A stretch of 62,000 nucleotides of DNA from Mobula hypostoma (Eukaryota), in the NCBI RefSeq assembly GCF_963921235.1, contig NC_086109.1, forward strand, positions 1,240,001 through 1,302,000. The letters run 5' to 3'. How positions within the stretch are numbered: the first letter of the stretch is position 1; each line of letters begins with the position of its first letter. Of the stretch, positions 23,903 to 36,309 are shown piece after piece. Position numbers and translations under genes: made by a program. The notes under the pieces were generated by a model. It was given only the letters and a program-made list of their open reading frames with translations, ran no database searches and was not told the DNA's origin.

Positions 23903-24397
23903 CACCTGTAGCACCCTGTTCCAGTGATATCTCACCTGTAGAACTCTGTTCCAGTGGTATCTCACCTGTAGCACCCTGTTCCAGTGATATCTCACCTGTA
24001 GCACTCTCTTCTAGTGGTATCTCACCTGTAGAACTCTGTTCCAGTGGTATCTCACCTGTAGCACTCTGTTCCAGTGATAGCTCACCTGTAGCACTCTGTT
24101 CCAGTGATATCTCATGTGTAACACTCTATTCCAGTGATATCTCACCTGTAGCACCCTGTTCCAGTGATATCTCACCTGGAGCACTCTCTTCCAGTGGTAT
24201 CTCACCTGTAGCACTCTGTTCCAGTGGTATCTCACATGTAGCACTCTGTTCCAGTGATATCTCACCTGTAGCACCCTGTTCCAGTGATATCTCACATGTA
24301 GCACTCTGTTCCAGTGATATCTCACCTGTAGCACCCTGTTCCAGTGATATCTCACCTGCAGCACCCTGTTCCAGTGATATCTCACCTGTAGCACTCT
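23903..24397. repeat. Tandem repeat, 30 bp unit, ~16.5 copies
   Basis: cacctgtagcacyctgttccagtgrtatct. Confidence 0.97.
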
Positions 24398-24449
24398 AAG
24401 TTTGCCAGAGGCACTGAAAAAGGTGGGATGACATGTTACAATGAGAATA

Positions 24450-26272
24450 TCTGGACCCTGATACAGAATCAATCCAGGCTGGATGATTCAGAAATTACTG
24501 GCATCCTAGTAGATATATTTAAAACATCTTTAGTGACAGGTGACATATCCAAGGATTAGATGCAAGCCAGTGTTGTTCTGCTGTTTAAGAAAGGTTCTAA
24601 AAATAACCATGAAATTTTAGGCCAGTGAGTCTGACATTCAGTAGTGGGAAAGTTATTGCAAGGTATTCCAATGGACCAGATATATAAGTATTTAGATAGA
24701 CATGGACTGATTAAGGATAGTCAGCAAAGCTTTGTGCGTGGTAGATCGTGTCTAACCAGACGTTGTTAAGACGTGCACCGACCACACCAGCTCCTGGGGT
24801 TTAGAAGCTCTCACTCTAAATATAAATAGTTAGTACAGCCTCTTAAAGATCCACCTCGCTAACTGACAGCAACGTTTTGGTGCCAAGGTTTTAATATTTA
24901 CTGAAGTTTGGTGCTTAATTTTCAGCTCAGTTTTGGATTTTCATCTAGTTTAGAGCCCAGTCTTTATTTCAGTCTCCATTCATTTCTTGGACACTCCAGC
25001 ACTTGGGTTTCAACTATCCTCGCCTTGGTCCCTAGACACACTTATTGAGTATTTTGAGGAGGTTACCAGGAAAATTGATGAAGGAAACGCAATGGATGTT
25101 GCCAGCATGGACTTAAGTAAGGCATTTGACAAGGTCCCACGTGGGGGGTTGGTTAAGAAGGTTCAGTCACTTGATATTTAAGATGAGGTAGTAAATTAAA
25201 CGAGACATTGGCTTTGTGGGAGAAGCCACAGAGTGGAGGCCTTTGATTAGTGGAATGCCAGAGGGATCAGTGCTGAGTCCTTTATTGTTTGTCATCTGTA
25301 TCAATGATCTGGATGATAATGAGGTCAACTGGATCAGCACATTTTCAGATGACACTAAGATTTGGGGTGTAGTGGACAGTGAGGAAGGCTATCATGGCTT
25401 GCAACAGGATCTGGACCAGCTGGAAAAATGGGTTGAAAATTGGCAGATGGAATTTAATGCAGACAAGTGCGAGGTTTTACACTTCAGTAGGACAGATGAG
25501 AATAGGTCTTACAGAGTGAGCGATAGGGACTGCACAGTGTGGTAGAACAACGAGATCTAGCAATACAGGTCTATAATTCATTGAAAGTGGCATCACAGGC
25601 TAATTGGGTCATAAAGAAAGCTTTTGGAACTTTGGCCTTTATAGATCAAAGTATTGAGTACAGGAGATGGGATATTATGTTGAAGTTGTGTAAGACATTG
25701 GTGAGGCCTAATTTGGAGTATTGTGCACAGTTTTGGTCACCTACCTACAGGAAAGATGTAAACAAGGTTGAAAGAGTGCAGAGAAAATTTACAAGGAGAC
25801 TGGCAGGTCTGGAAGACCTGAGATGAAAAGGAAGATTGAATAGGTTAGGACTTTATTCCTTGGAACATAGAAGATTAAGCGGAGATTTGACAGTGGTATA
25901 CACAATTCTGAGTGATACATCTAGGGTAAACGCAAGTAGGCTTTTTTCACTGAGTTGGGTGGGACTGCAACTGGAGGTCGTGGGTCAAAGGTAAAAGGTG
26001 AAAAGTATAAGGGGGACAGGAGGAGAAACTTCTTCACTCAGAGGGTTGTGAGAGTGTGGAACGAGTGGCCAACACAACTAGTGCATGTGAGCTTGATTTC
26101 AACATTTAACAGAATTTTGTTTCGGTACACGATGGTAGGGGTATGTAGGGCTGTGGTCCGGCAACAGGTTGATGGGAGTAGGCAACTTAAATTGTACAGC
26201 ATGGAGTAGATGGGCCAAGGGGCTGTTTCTGTGCAGTATTTTTCCATGAATATATGACTCTATGACTCTATC
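24450..26272 (+). mobile_element. CR1 LINE 3' half with an internal LTR-like insertion
   Basis: DLSKAFDKVP, GSVLSPLLFVICINDLD, FSDDTK, LEYCAQFWSP; tatgactc tail. Confidence 0.92.
24764..25038. mobile_element. Possible short solo LTR inside CR1
   Basis: 275 bp non-CR1 insert with tgttaag...ctagaca ends and tataaata at ~24821; no clean TSD. Confidence 0.45.
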
Positions 26273-26511
26273 TCCCTGAGAGAGAGAGATGAGAGAAGAG
26301 AGAGAGACTGAGAGACATTGGTATGTGTTGTTGGAATCTTTTTTTTAATATACTTATACATTTATAAAATATTGGTTGATTTAATGAAAGACTAAAATAA
26401 TAGTTTTAATAGCAAACAACAGGAATTCTGCAGATGCTGGAAATTCAAGCAACATACATCAAAGTTGCTGGTGAACGCAGCAGGCCAAGCAGCATCTATA
26501 GGAAGAGGCGC

Positions 26512-26547
26512 AGTCGACGTTTCAGGCCGAGACCCTTCGTCAGGACT
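26512..26547 (-). ncRNA. Minimal type I hammerhead ribozyme (Penelope pLTR)
   Basis: Reverse complement is agtc CTGACGA agggtctcggcct GAAA c GTC gact, identical to 28128-28163. Confidence 0.85.
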
Positions 26548-28127
26548 AACTGAAGGAAGAGTGAGTAAGGGATTTGAAAGCTGGAGGGGGAGGGGGAGAT
26601 GCAAAATGATAGGAGAAGACAGGAGGGGGAGGGATAGAGCCAAGAGCTGGACAGGTGATAGGCAAAAGGGGATACGAGGGGATCATGGGACAGGAGGTCC
26701 GGGAAGAAAGACGGGGGCGGGGGGTGACCCAGAGGATGGGCAAGAGGTATATTCAGAGGGACAGAGGGAGAAAAAGGAGAGTGAGAGAAAGAATGTGTGC
26801 ATAAAAATGAGTAACAGATGGGGTACGAGGGGGAGGTGGGGCCTTAGCGGAAGTTAGAGAAGTCAATGTTCATGCCATCAGGTTGGAGGCTACCCAGACG
26901 GAATATAAGGTGTTGTTCCTCCAACCTGAGTGTGGCTTCATCTTTACAGTAGAGGAGGCCGTGGATAGACATGTCAGAATGGGAATGGGATGTGGAATTA
27001 AAATGTGTGGCCACTCGGAGATCCTGCTTTCTCTGGCCGACAGAGGGTAGGTGTTCAGCGAAACGATCTCCCAGTCTGCGTCGGGTCGCCAATATATAAA
27101 AGGCCATATCGGGAGCACCGGACGCAGTATATCACCCCAGCCGACTCACAGGTGAAGTGATGCCTCACCTGGAAGGACTGTTTGGGGCCCTGAATGGGGG
27201 TAAGGGAGGAAGTGTAAGTGCACGTAAGGGCATCCCCACTAGGAATAGGGTTCCCCTGGTCCTCACCTACCACCCCACCAGCCTCCGGGTCCAACATATT
27301 ATTCTCCGTAACTTCCGCCACCTCCAACCGGATCCCACCACTAAGCACATCTTTCCCTCCACCCCTCTCTCTGCATTCCGCAGGGATCGCTCCCTACGCG
27401 ACTCCCTTGTCCATTCGTCCCCCCCATCCCTCCCCACTGATCTCCCTCCTGGCACTTATCCGTGTAAGCGGAACAAGTGCTACACATGCCCTTACACTTC
27501 CTCCCTCACCACCATTCAGGGCCCCAAACAGTCCTTCCAGGTGAGGCAACACTTCACCTGTGAGTCGGCTGGGGTGATATACTGTGTCCGGTGCTCCTGA
27601 CGTGGCCTTCTATATATTGGCGAGACCCGACGCAGACTGGGATACCGCTTTGCTGAACACCTACGCTCTGTCGGCCAGAGAAAGCAGGATCTCCCAGTGG
27701 CCACACATTTTAATTCCACATCCCATTCCCATTCTGACATGTCTATCCACGGCCTCCTCTACTGTAAAGATGAAGCCACACTCAGGTTGGAGGAACAGCA
27801 CCTTATATTCCGTCTGGGTAGCCTCCAACCTGATGGCATGAACATCGACTTCTCTAACTTCCGCTAAGGCCCCACCTCCCCCTCGTACCCCATCTGTTAC
27901 TCATTTTTATGCACACATTCTTTCTCTCACTCTCCTTTTTCTCCTTCTGTCCCTCTGAATATACCCCTTGCCCATCCTCTGGGTCGCCCCCCACTTCTCT
28001 TTCTTCCCGGACCTCCTGTCCCATGATCCTCTCATATCCCTTTTGCCTATCACCTGTCCAGCTCTTGGCTCCATCCCTCCCCCTCCCCCTCCAGCTTTCA
28101 AATCCCTTACTCACTCTTCCTTCAGTT

Positions 28128-28163
28128 AGTCCTGACGAAGGGTCTCGGCCTGAAACGTCGACT
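28128..28163 (+). ncRNA. Minimal type I hammerhead ribozyme (Penelope pLTR)
   Basis: Stem I agtc/gact, core CUGACGA 28132-28138, stem II agg/cct, GAAA 28152-28155, GUC triplet ending 28159, palindromic ACGT in place of stem III. Confidence 0.85.
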
Positions 28164-28346
28164 GCGCCTCTTCCTATAGATGCTGCTTGGCCTGCTGCGT
28201 TCACCAATAGTTTTAATAGTATCTTTTATACGATCATAATTTTACATTTTTAACAATTTGTATCTTTAACAGTCATATTTGTTGCAGTTTGTGGTGGTTT
28301 GTCTCCACACACTGACAGAAGGAAGTATAGCAGTTTCATATACCTT

Positions 28347-31130
28347 GGAGATCCCAAGTCAGGAACAGTTGCTGCTACTTGGCGACTTCAATGCCAGAGT
28401 GGGTGCCGACCACGACTCCTGGCCAAGCTGCCGGGGGCGGTAAGGGATTGGCAACATTAATGACGACGGGCAACAACTGCTCGAGCTTTGCATGCTCCTT
28501 GAGTTGTGTGTCACCAACACCTACTTCCAGACCAAAGCTCAGCACAAAGTGTCCTGACGGCATTCCCGCTCCAAACACTGGCACCAGCTAGTCACAGGAC
28601 ACCGTCACCTGAGAAACGTGCTCATGACTCGCTCCTTTCAGAGTGCCGACTGCGACATGGGTCACTCTGCGTTTGCTGCAAGATCAGACTTCGGCTGAAG
28701 AAGATGCCTCCAGGCAAGCAGCGCATCGATGCCAGTAAGACACAACACCCAGACAAAGCTGCAGAGTTCATCGAGTCACTGGAGGGTGGTCTCCTTGCAG
28801 ACCCACCAGAAGGAGATGCTCAGCAGAGATGGGACTCTCTCAGGGACACTATCCACAGCACTGCACTCAAGACCTTCGGGAAGAAAAGGGGCAAGAAACA
28901 GGACTGGTTTGAAGCGAGCTCAAGTAAGCTCATCGAGGTGAAGTCATCGAGGTGACGCGTGTTGCACTACTAGAGCACAAACGCCACCCCACCCAGGCAA
29001 CACTGCCAGCGCTAAGGACAGCGAGAAGTAAGGCCCAGGAAACAGCCAGACGCTGTGCAAATGACTACTGGCTACAACTATGCGAAAACATTCAGTCATC
29101 ATTTGACACAGGCAACATCCAGGGAGTGTACCAGGGGATCAAGAAAGCCATCGGGCCAACCCAGAGCAAGACAGCACCATTGAAAACCACAACAGGCGAG
29201 ACCATCAATGACAAAGGCAAGCAGGTGGAGAGATGGGGGGAGCATTACTCTGAACTCTTCTCCAGAGAAAACAGCATCTCGGACAGCGCGCTAGACGCCG
29301 TGGAATGTCTGCCTGTCATGGAGGAACTTGATGCATTGCCAACTGCTGAAGAGCTGAGTAAAGCCATCGACAGCCTGCCCACTGGGAAGGCACCAGGATT
29401 GGATGGCATTCCACCAGAGGCCATCAAATGCACAAAGAGCGTCCTGCTAAACCACCTGTATGAACTACTGTGCCAGTGCTGGATAGAGGGGGCAGTGCTG
29501 CAAGACATGAGAGACTGCAACATTGTCACCATATATAAGAACAAAGGGGACAGAAGCGACTGTATCAGCTACAGGGGAATCTCCTTGCTGAGCATCGTTG
29601 GGAAGGTCTTCGCCCACGTGGTCCTGAACAGTCTGCAGAAAATAGCCGAAAGGGTATATCCCGAGTCTCAGTGCGGTTTCAGGTCAGAACGCTCCACAAT
29701 CGACATGATCTTCTCCCTTCGACAGCTACAAGAGAAATGCAGAGAGCAAAGACAACCACTCTATATCGCTTTCATTGACCTCACGAAGGCCTGCGACCTT
29801 GTGAGCAGAGGTGGCCTGTCCAAAATCCTCGCCAGGATTGGTTGTCCCGCGAGGCTCCTCAGGATAGTTCGATCATTCCACACAGACATGAAGGGTGTTG
29901 TTCAGTTCGACGGCTCTTCTTCGGAGGCCTTCAACATCCGCAGCGGTGTGAAGCAGGGCTGTGTGCTTGCCCCACCCTGTTTGGCATCTTCTTCACAGTC
30001 ATGCTGAAGCACGCCTTTGGAACATCAATTGGTGGTGTCTACCTCCACACCAGATCGGACGGGAGGCTGTTCAGTCTGTCCCGGCTGAGGGTGAAAACCA
30101 AAGTTTGTGAAGTACTCATCAGGGACATGTTGTTTGCAGATGACGCGGCACTGGCAACACACTCTGAAGAGCAACTGCAATACCTCATGGACAGCTTCTC
30201 AAGAGCCTGCCAGGACTTCAGCTTGACCATCAGCCTGAAGAAGACCAACGTGTTGGGCCAGGGCATTGAGCACCCCCCTGCCATTACCATCAAAAACTAC
30301 GAGCTGAAGGTAGTTCACAAGTTTACATACCTTGGCTCCACCATCATGGACAGTCTCTCCCTAGACCCCGAGATCAACAGATGGATTGGACGAGCAGCCT
30401 CAACATTCGCCAGGCTGACACAGAGAGTCTGGGAGAACAGAAAGTTGATGACGCACACCAAGGTTGCAGTCTACAGGGCCTGTGTCCTCAGCACACTGCT
30501 TTACGGCAGCGAGACCTGGAGCCTCTACTACAGACAAGAGCAGCGTCTCAACGCCTTCCACCTTGGCAGCCTGAGACGCATCCTGGACATTACGTGGACT
30601 GACCGAGTCACCAACAATGAGGTCCTGGCCCGCACCCAGATACCCAGCCTCTTCACCCTGCTCCAACAACGCCGTCTCCGCTGGCTGGGCCACGTACACC
30701 GCATGTCAGATAGGAGGATCCCAAAAGACCTGCTGTACGGGGAACTGGCCTCCGGTAAGAGAGCACAAGGGCGGCTCCATCTTCGTTTCAAAGACGCTTA
30801 CAAGAGAGACATGAAGTCACTGAAAATGAACGTCGAGAGGTGGGAGGACATCGCAAGCGATCACTCTCACTGGAGGCTGGAACTGCGCAGAGGTCTGAAA
30901 AGAGGAGAAGAGAAGCTGAGGCTTGCTGCTGAAGAAAAGCGCACTCGTCAGAAAAACAGCACCAAGACAACACTGGAGGTCAGCGCCTTCAAGTGCAGTC
31001 ACTGCAGCCGAGACTGTCACTCCCGTGTGGGCCTCTACAGCCACAACAGACGCTGCTCTAACACAGACTGAAACAAGACTTTCCAGGCGCAGATCCATGG
31101 TCTCGCGAGACTAACGGATACCACCACCAC
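28347..31130 (+). mobile_element. RTE-clade LINE, 5'-truncated, few disruptions
   Basis: LLGDFNARVG, KAPGLDGIP, GVKQGC, LFADDAA, LLYGSETW, CSHCSRDCHSRVGLYSHNRRC; (CCA)n tail; possible TSD acctt. Confidence 0.95.
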
Positions 31131-31145
31131 ACCTTTTAATTTTTA

Positions 31146-31266
31146 CAAACAAGAGAAAATCTGCAAATGCTGGAAATCTGAACAACACACACAAAATGCT
31201 GCCGGAATTCAGCAGGCCAGGCAGCATCTAGGAGTGCAGTGGATGTTTCAGGCTGAAACCCTTCAA
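31146..31266 (-). mobile_element. Penelope pLTR end fragment with truncated hammerhead
   Basis: Similar to 26413-26540 (ctgcaaatgctggaaat...ggatgtttcaggctgaaaccctt). Confidence 0.75.
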
Positions 31267-31269
31267 CAA

Positions 31270-31520
31270 TTTTTAATCACATTTTTGTATAAGGGTGCTG
31301 ATACATTTTTTTGCTGGTGGGGGGAGGGGGATTGTTGCTTGCTGCCGCTTATGGACGGGAGGGAGGAGAACTGTGGGGGGCTTTGGGGTTCTAATATTTA
31401 ACTGTTGCTCATTCTTTGGGACACTCCTCTGTTTTCGTGGATGTTTGCGAAGAAAAAGCATTTCAGGATGTACATTGTATACATTTCTCTGACATTAAAT
31501 GTACCTTTGAAACCTTTGAA
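31270..31520 (+). mobile_element. LINE 3' UTR fragment (Rex1-like)
   Basis: Ends cattaaatgtacctttgaaacctttgaa (polyA-like signal plus short repeat tail). Confidence 0.5.
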
Positions 31521-32108
31521 ATTGGTTAAATGTTGACACATTACCCACGTGAGGTAATTGTGTTGGCTTATTTTTATCTAAGGAACTTCTGCAACCTGGA
31601 GTATAAAGGTGATAGATTTGTTCAAAGGCACCACCTTTATGTTGAATCTACCTCTCTACTGCCCATTATGTCACCGGCATTTTGAGTGCAATGAAGATTC
31701 TTCATCTGTGGCGGTGTTCAGGGCTTCCTTCATGTTGTCAGTAGCTCGGTTTTCACTACTGTCAGTTTTGCAAGTCCCAGGTGCAGAGTCAGGAATACTG
31801 TTGCACACAGTTGTAGAAGGATTCTTCATTGCTGTTTCTGTACCACTGTCAGTCCTGAGCTGAACCTCTGAACCTGGAGGACTGTGAGACAATGAGGCAC
31901 ACAAACCTCCAAATGACGAGGTGCTTGTGGTCCTCTCGGAGGATATTGAACCTATAAAATCTCTTTAGTCTCTGCTTTGCTTCTCAGCTCCTCAATCCGT
32001 TTCATGTGCTTTGTCTCATTGTTTAAACTTTAAAATGAACAATCGTTCATTCTTGAACTCCTAAAATAAACCAGGGATCGAAAATAACTAAGACCCAACA
32101 GTATAGAG

Positions 32109-33000
32109 CAGTGTTTCCAACCTTTTTTAGCTTAATGCTCCCCTAAAGAACTTTCATATGTGCCAACATCCCCCTAAAGCACCTCATACTCACCAATGCC
32201 CCTCTGAGGCAAGAATACTTTCTGGTGCCCCCATAGTGTAAAAACATGTCTACCTTCTTCTAACGTGAAAAAAAAATTCAGTTTTAATTTTTTATTTGTC
32301 CCTAAACCTAGCTTACACAGTACTGTGTGCTGTACAGCAGCTTCTATATCAATATGATCATTGACCTTAATGGTTTTTAGTGAGAGTTGAAATATTTGGT
32401 TCAAGTTGTGCAGCCCTATGCCCTTGGCATAGCAATGTTCAAGCCTTTTTCTGTTTTCTGTGACTATGTAATTCACTGCACTGAAGCCTCTTTCAACAAG
32501 GTAGGAGGATGGAAATGCAATGAAGAGCAGTTTGGCTCTTTTCCAAAGACCAGGAAACTTCGTATGACTGTGACCCACATATGAGAAAAGCTGACATTTT
32601 TGAAATGCATTTTTGCTTTTTCATCATTCTGAATTTCATTAATTTCTTCTTGCAAGCTCTCTTCTTGTTCTTCCACCTTGCAAAGAAATGGGTTAATTAC
32701 CCAGTCTAGAATTTTCAGATCATTCAAGTTCTTGAAATGAATCTGAAAATCCTTCTTTGGTGACTGCAGGTGTAAGCAGTACTCTTGCAAATCACCATCT
32801 GTGAAAGAGAGTGGCATACTTTCCATGCAGGGAAACTGAGAGAACATTCATCAATGTTTTGCTTATATATTTCCAATTTTCTTATGAAACTGGACACCAC
32901 ATATTTTGCCTGGATTAAATTGAAATTCTCTCCTGCATTTCATATTGAGAATGTTCATTATGTCATACAGATTGGCTAGGTATGCCACATCTCCATGTAG
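32109..33000 (-). mobile_element. hAT DNA transposon (Buster/Charlie type), 3' end, decayed
   Basis: TIR-like cagtgtttccaacctttt at 32109 after gtatagag (nnnTAnnn); transposase C-terminus DWVINPF, FPGLWKRAKLLFIAFPSSYLVERGFSAV. Confidence 0.88.
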
Positions 33001-33002
33001 AA

Positions 33003-34040
33003 GTCAAATTCAAAATCAGAATCAGGTTTATTATCACTGGCATGTGTTGTGAAGTGTGTTAACTTAGCAGCAGCAGGTTACTGCAATCAATGATAATATA
33101 GAAGATTAAATAAATAAATAACTTTATAGTATATGTATATTCAATAGATTAAAATTCACGCAAAACAGAAATTATATTTAAAAAGTGAGGTATTGTTCAT
33201 TGATTCAATGCAGAGGGGAAAAAGCTGCTTCTGAATCGATGAGTGTGTGCCTTCAGGATTCTGATGGTGAGAAAAGGGCATGCCCTGGGTGCTGGAGGTC
33301 CTTAATAATGGGCGTTGCCTTTCTGAGACACCGTTCCTTGAAGATAGAAACATAGAAACAGAAAACATACAACACTATGCAGGCCCTTCGGCCCACAAAG
33401 CTGTGCCAAACATGTCCCTACCTTACTTTGTAGGCTAGTACCCAAGTTGGAGCTGACTAGATTTGCAACCTTCTGCAGCTTCTTTTGGCCCTGTGAAGTA
33501 GCCCCTCCATACCAGAGAGTGATGCAACCTGTCAGAATGCTCTCTATGGTACATCTATAGAAGATTTTGAATGTTTTTGTTGACATACCAAATCTCTTCA
33601 AACTCCTGATGAAGTATAGTCACTGTCTTGCCTTCTTTATAGCTGCATCAATATGTTGGGACCAGATTAGGTCCTCGGAGATCTTGACACCCAGGAACTT
33701 GAAGTTGCTCACTCTCCCCACTTCTGATCCCTCTGTGAGGATTGGTATGTGTTCCTTCATCTTACCCTTCCTGAAGTCCACAATCAGCTCCTTCATCTTA
33801 ATGACGTTGAGTGCCAGGTTGTTGCTGCGAAGCCACTTCACCAGTTGGCACATCTCACTCCTGTACACCCTCTCATCTCCATCTGAGATTCTAACAACAA
33901 TGGTTGTATCATCAGCAAGTTTATAGATGGTGTTTGAGCTATGCCTAGCCACACTGTCATGGGTATAGAGAGAGTAGAGCAGAGGGCTAAGCACACACCC
34001 CTGAGGTGCACCCTTGTTGATCATCAGCAAGGAGGAGATG
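33003..34040 (-). mobile_element. Rex1/Babar 3' fragment with a short CR1-tail insertion (~33343-33425)
   Basis: [37 protein letters not shown]. Confidence 0.9.
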
Positions 34041-34196
34041 CGGTCTGGAGCCCAGTCGTCCTTGTGAAACTCTGACTAAGCTTCATAGAGCAGGCAACTC
34101 GACCCTTCAAACCAGCTGGCCAATTTAATATAATCATGGCTGTGACCTCAGCTCTATATGTCCCTGCACCACTGCCCTTCAAGGATTACAGCTCCA

Positions 34197-34400
34197 GAGT
34201 TTGTAGGTCCCCACATGAGTCCCTGTGGATTTTCCTTGTCTGCTCTGGTTTCCTCCCACAGTCCGAAGATGAACTGGCTAGGTTAGTTGGTCATTGTCAA
34301 TTGTCCTGTCATTAGGCGGGGGTTAATTGGGGTACTGGAATTCCTGGGGTGGCATCGCTCAAAGGGCGGACTCCACACTGTACCATTAAATAAGTAAAAA
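34197..34400 (+). mobile_element. V-SINE/HE1-like SINE fragment
   Basis: Core tgctctggtttcctcccacagtccgaagatg...ggttagttggtcattgtcaattgtcc. Confidence 0.7.
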
Positions 34401-34699
34401 ATAAACACAGTTTTATTTCACTTCCTTTAGGTGTTCCACAATAGTTTTATAACTTTTCCAGTGAGCTCATTCAGATTTAACAGAATTAAATAGAAATAAC
34501 AGCAAGAATGTAAATAATAGGATTTCCCCTGACATTTGGCACAGACTCGATGGGCCGAATAGCCACTTCCTATGTTGTGAGAAACATGATCTGAAAATGG
34601 GTACAAAACGCGGCCACAAAGTCTGCCCAAATCCGAATGTCGGCAGGAACCCAATCAGGTAGTTGTGATGTAGTTGTTCAGTTTACTGACTGAGGTACA

Positions 34700-34960
34700 A
34701 TGCAGAACCGTCCCTGCCAGCCCAGGAAAACCCCAACAACCCCTGATCTAACCCGAACCAATCATGGCACAATTTACAATGACCATTTCACCTACTGGTA
34801 CCTGTTTGGGAGGAAACCAGGGCAGCTGGAGGAAGCCTACACATCCCAAGAGGAGGATGTACAGATTCCTTACAGAGGACAGTGGGATTGAATTCCGAAC
34901 TCCAACACCCTGAACTATAATAGCATTACGCTAATTGCAAGACGTCCATGGTGCCCCCAA
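34700..34960 (-). mobile_element. V-SINE/HE1-like SINE, decayed
   Basis: caatttacaatgacca...tgggaggaaaccag is the reverse complement of the core above. Confidence 0.6.
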
Positions 34961-35724
34961 GTTGGTGCCTTTCAGCCTATCCTGTGAGTAACAGCTGAGG
35001 TAGTGGGAATCCCCTGTGAACATGGTTCGAACCCCCAATTGATTTGAATCCAGTGCCTTCACTACTCCATGAGTTAAGCTTTCCATGAGTTTCCTGGGTC
35101 AAAGAAAAGAAAGTGAACAGGCACAGCAGCTCTCTGGGGAAGGAGAATCAGGCTGTGGAGAAGGTGGAAGTGGTGTGGGGTGGGTAGGTTCTGGGGAAGT
35201 GGTGGGGTTAGGTTCCAGCTCAGAAGAATGTTGTTCTAGGACTGTGTATGAGCTGGTTGTAGCAGCTCATGTGGATCAGCAGTGAGCACAGGCAAACATC
35301 TTGTAATTGGTGCATAGGATAGCGAGCTGGTGTCAGCTGCACAAAGTTATCAATGACCGTCTCACACAGCAGAGCTGTTCCCAAGATGTGATAATAGACT
35401 ACCAAAGAAATCTCTGAGCCATGATCAGCAAATCCGTCTCTGGGGTCTTGCCTCTCGAGGTGTAGAGTAGGGTAGCTGCTAGCCCTGTGAATGTTGGTGG
35501 AAGGTCCAGTCGATGGCCTCCTTCTGGGCTGACCTTTGGTTGGTCCTCCCATGGTGAGAATAAGAGCCAAGTAGCAGGCACAGATGGAGTAGCCTGTTCC
35601 CTCCGGATCTGTGACAGAGGCCATCAGCTCCATGCTTCTCACTGAACCCTCTCCTTCTCCACTGAGTGGAAGGGTGAGGTGAGGAAGGCGCGACATGGTG
35701 GGATGCTCTCGTGGATATGGCAAC

Positions 35725-35985
35725 CTGGACTTGAGAGATGGGTTGTGGGGCTGAGCTCACCGGGAAGGAAGAGGGTGCCAATGGAAGAGATAACACACAG
35801 CATGGGGGCCTCCACTGGATCCACTGGCAGTAAGGTTCTGCCCACAGTGAGCTTCTTGCTCAGGACTAGGGACACCACCTGCTTAGACTCTAGGAAGAAG
35901 ACAGCCTTCACTAATAGTTCAAGGACTGTAACAGGGCTCAATGGTCGATAGCCTCCACCATCAAATCTCCACAAACCTCTCGTAC
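35725..35985 (-). mobile_element. L1/Tx1-like ORF1 relic
   Basis: KAVFFLESKQVVSLVLSKKLTVGRTLLPVDPVEA..VISS..LFLPGEL resembles Tx1 ORF1 (recalled similarity, not searched). Confidence 0.5.
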
Positions 35986-36309
35986 TCTGCATACAGTGAA
36001 AACCAACTCTGTTGGGACACCAGAAACCTGCATAAAATTTTCTACACTGGGCTGTTGCATGCACCTTCTCCACACTGGGTCCTGAGGTAGCGATGAGGAC
36101 TCACAACAAGACATTCACTGGGACCCCTTCACAGCCTGTCACAGGAGGTAGGAGACATGAGTCAAACAATATAGCAAGTCACCTTGGGAGGGAGGATGTG
36201 GTCTGGGTTAGGAAGACTTGTAGGAAATGTGGACCAGGTCTCTCACAGGGACGGGAGCCAGATGATGGACTGCATGGCCTGCTCCTGAAACAATGATTGT
36301 CTTGGCTCC

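Larger units (their letters stand above)
26413..28205. mobile_element. Penelope-like element forming a long inverted repeat (minus arm 26413-27218, plus part 27219-28205)
   Basis: RVPLVLTYHP, GTYPCKRNKCYTCPY, VIYCVRCS..LYIGETRRRLG (GIY-YIG); exact 14-bp TSD aatagttttaatag at 26399-26412 and 28206-28219. Confidence 0.95.

Noticed and set aside
24011..24472. Repeat protein (RVLQVRYHWN)n as a gene
   Set aside because: Simple 30-bp tandem array with no splice or domain evidence.
31671..31930. Ser/Thr-rich minus-strand ORF
   Set aside because: No splice support; possibly a Gypsy pol tail relic, too weak to call.
35761..36081. Open 321-nt phase 1-1 minus-strand 'exon'
   Set aside because: The peptide resembles Tx1 LINE ORF1 and the similarity continues past the apparent donor.
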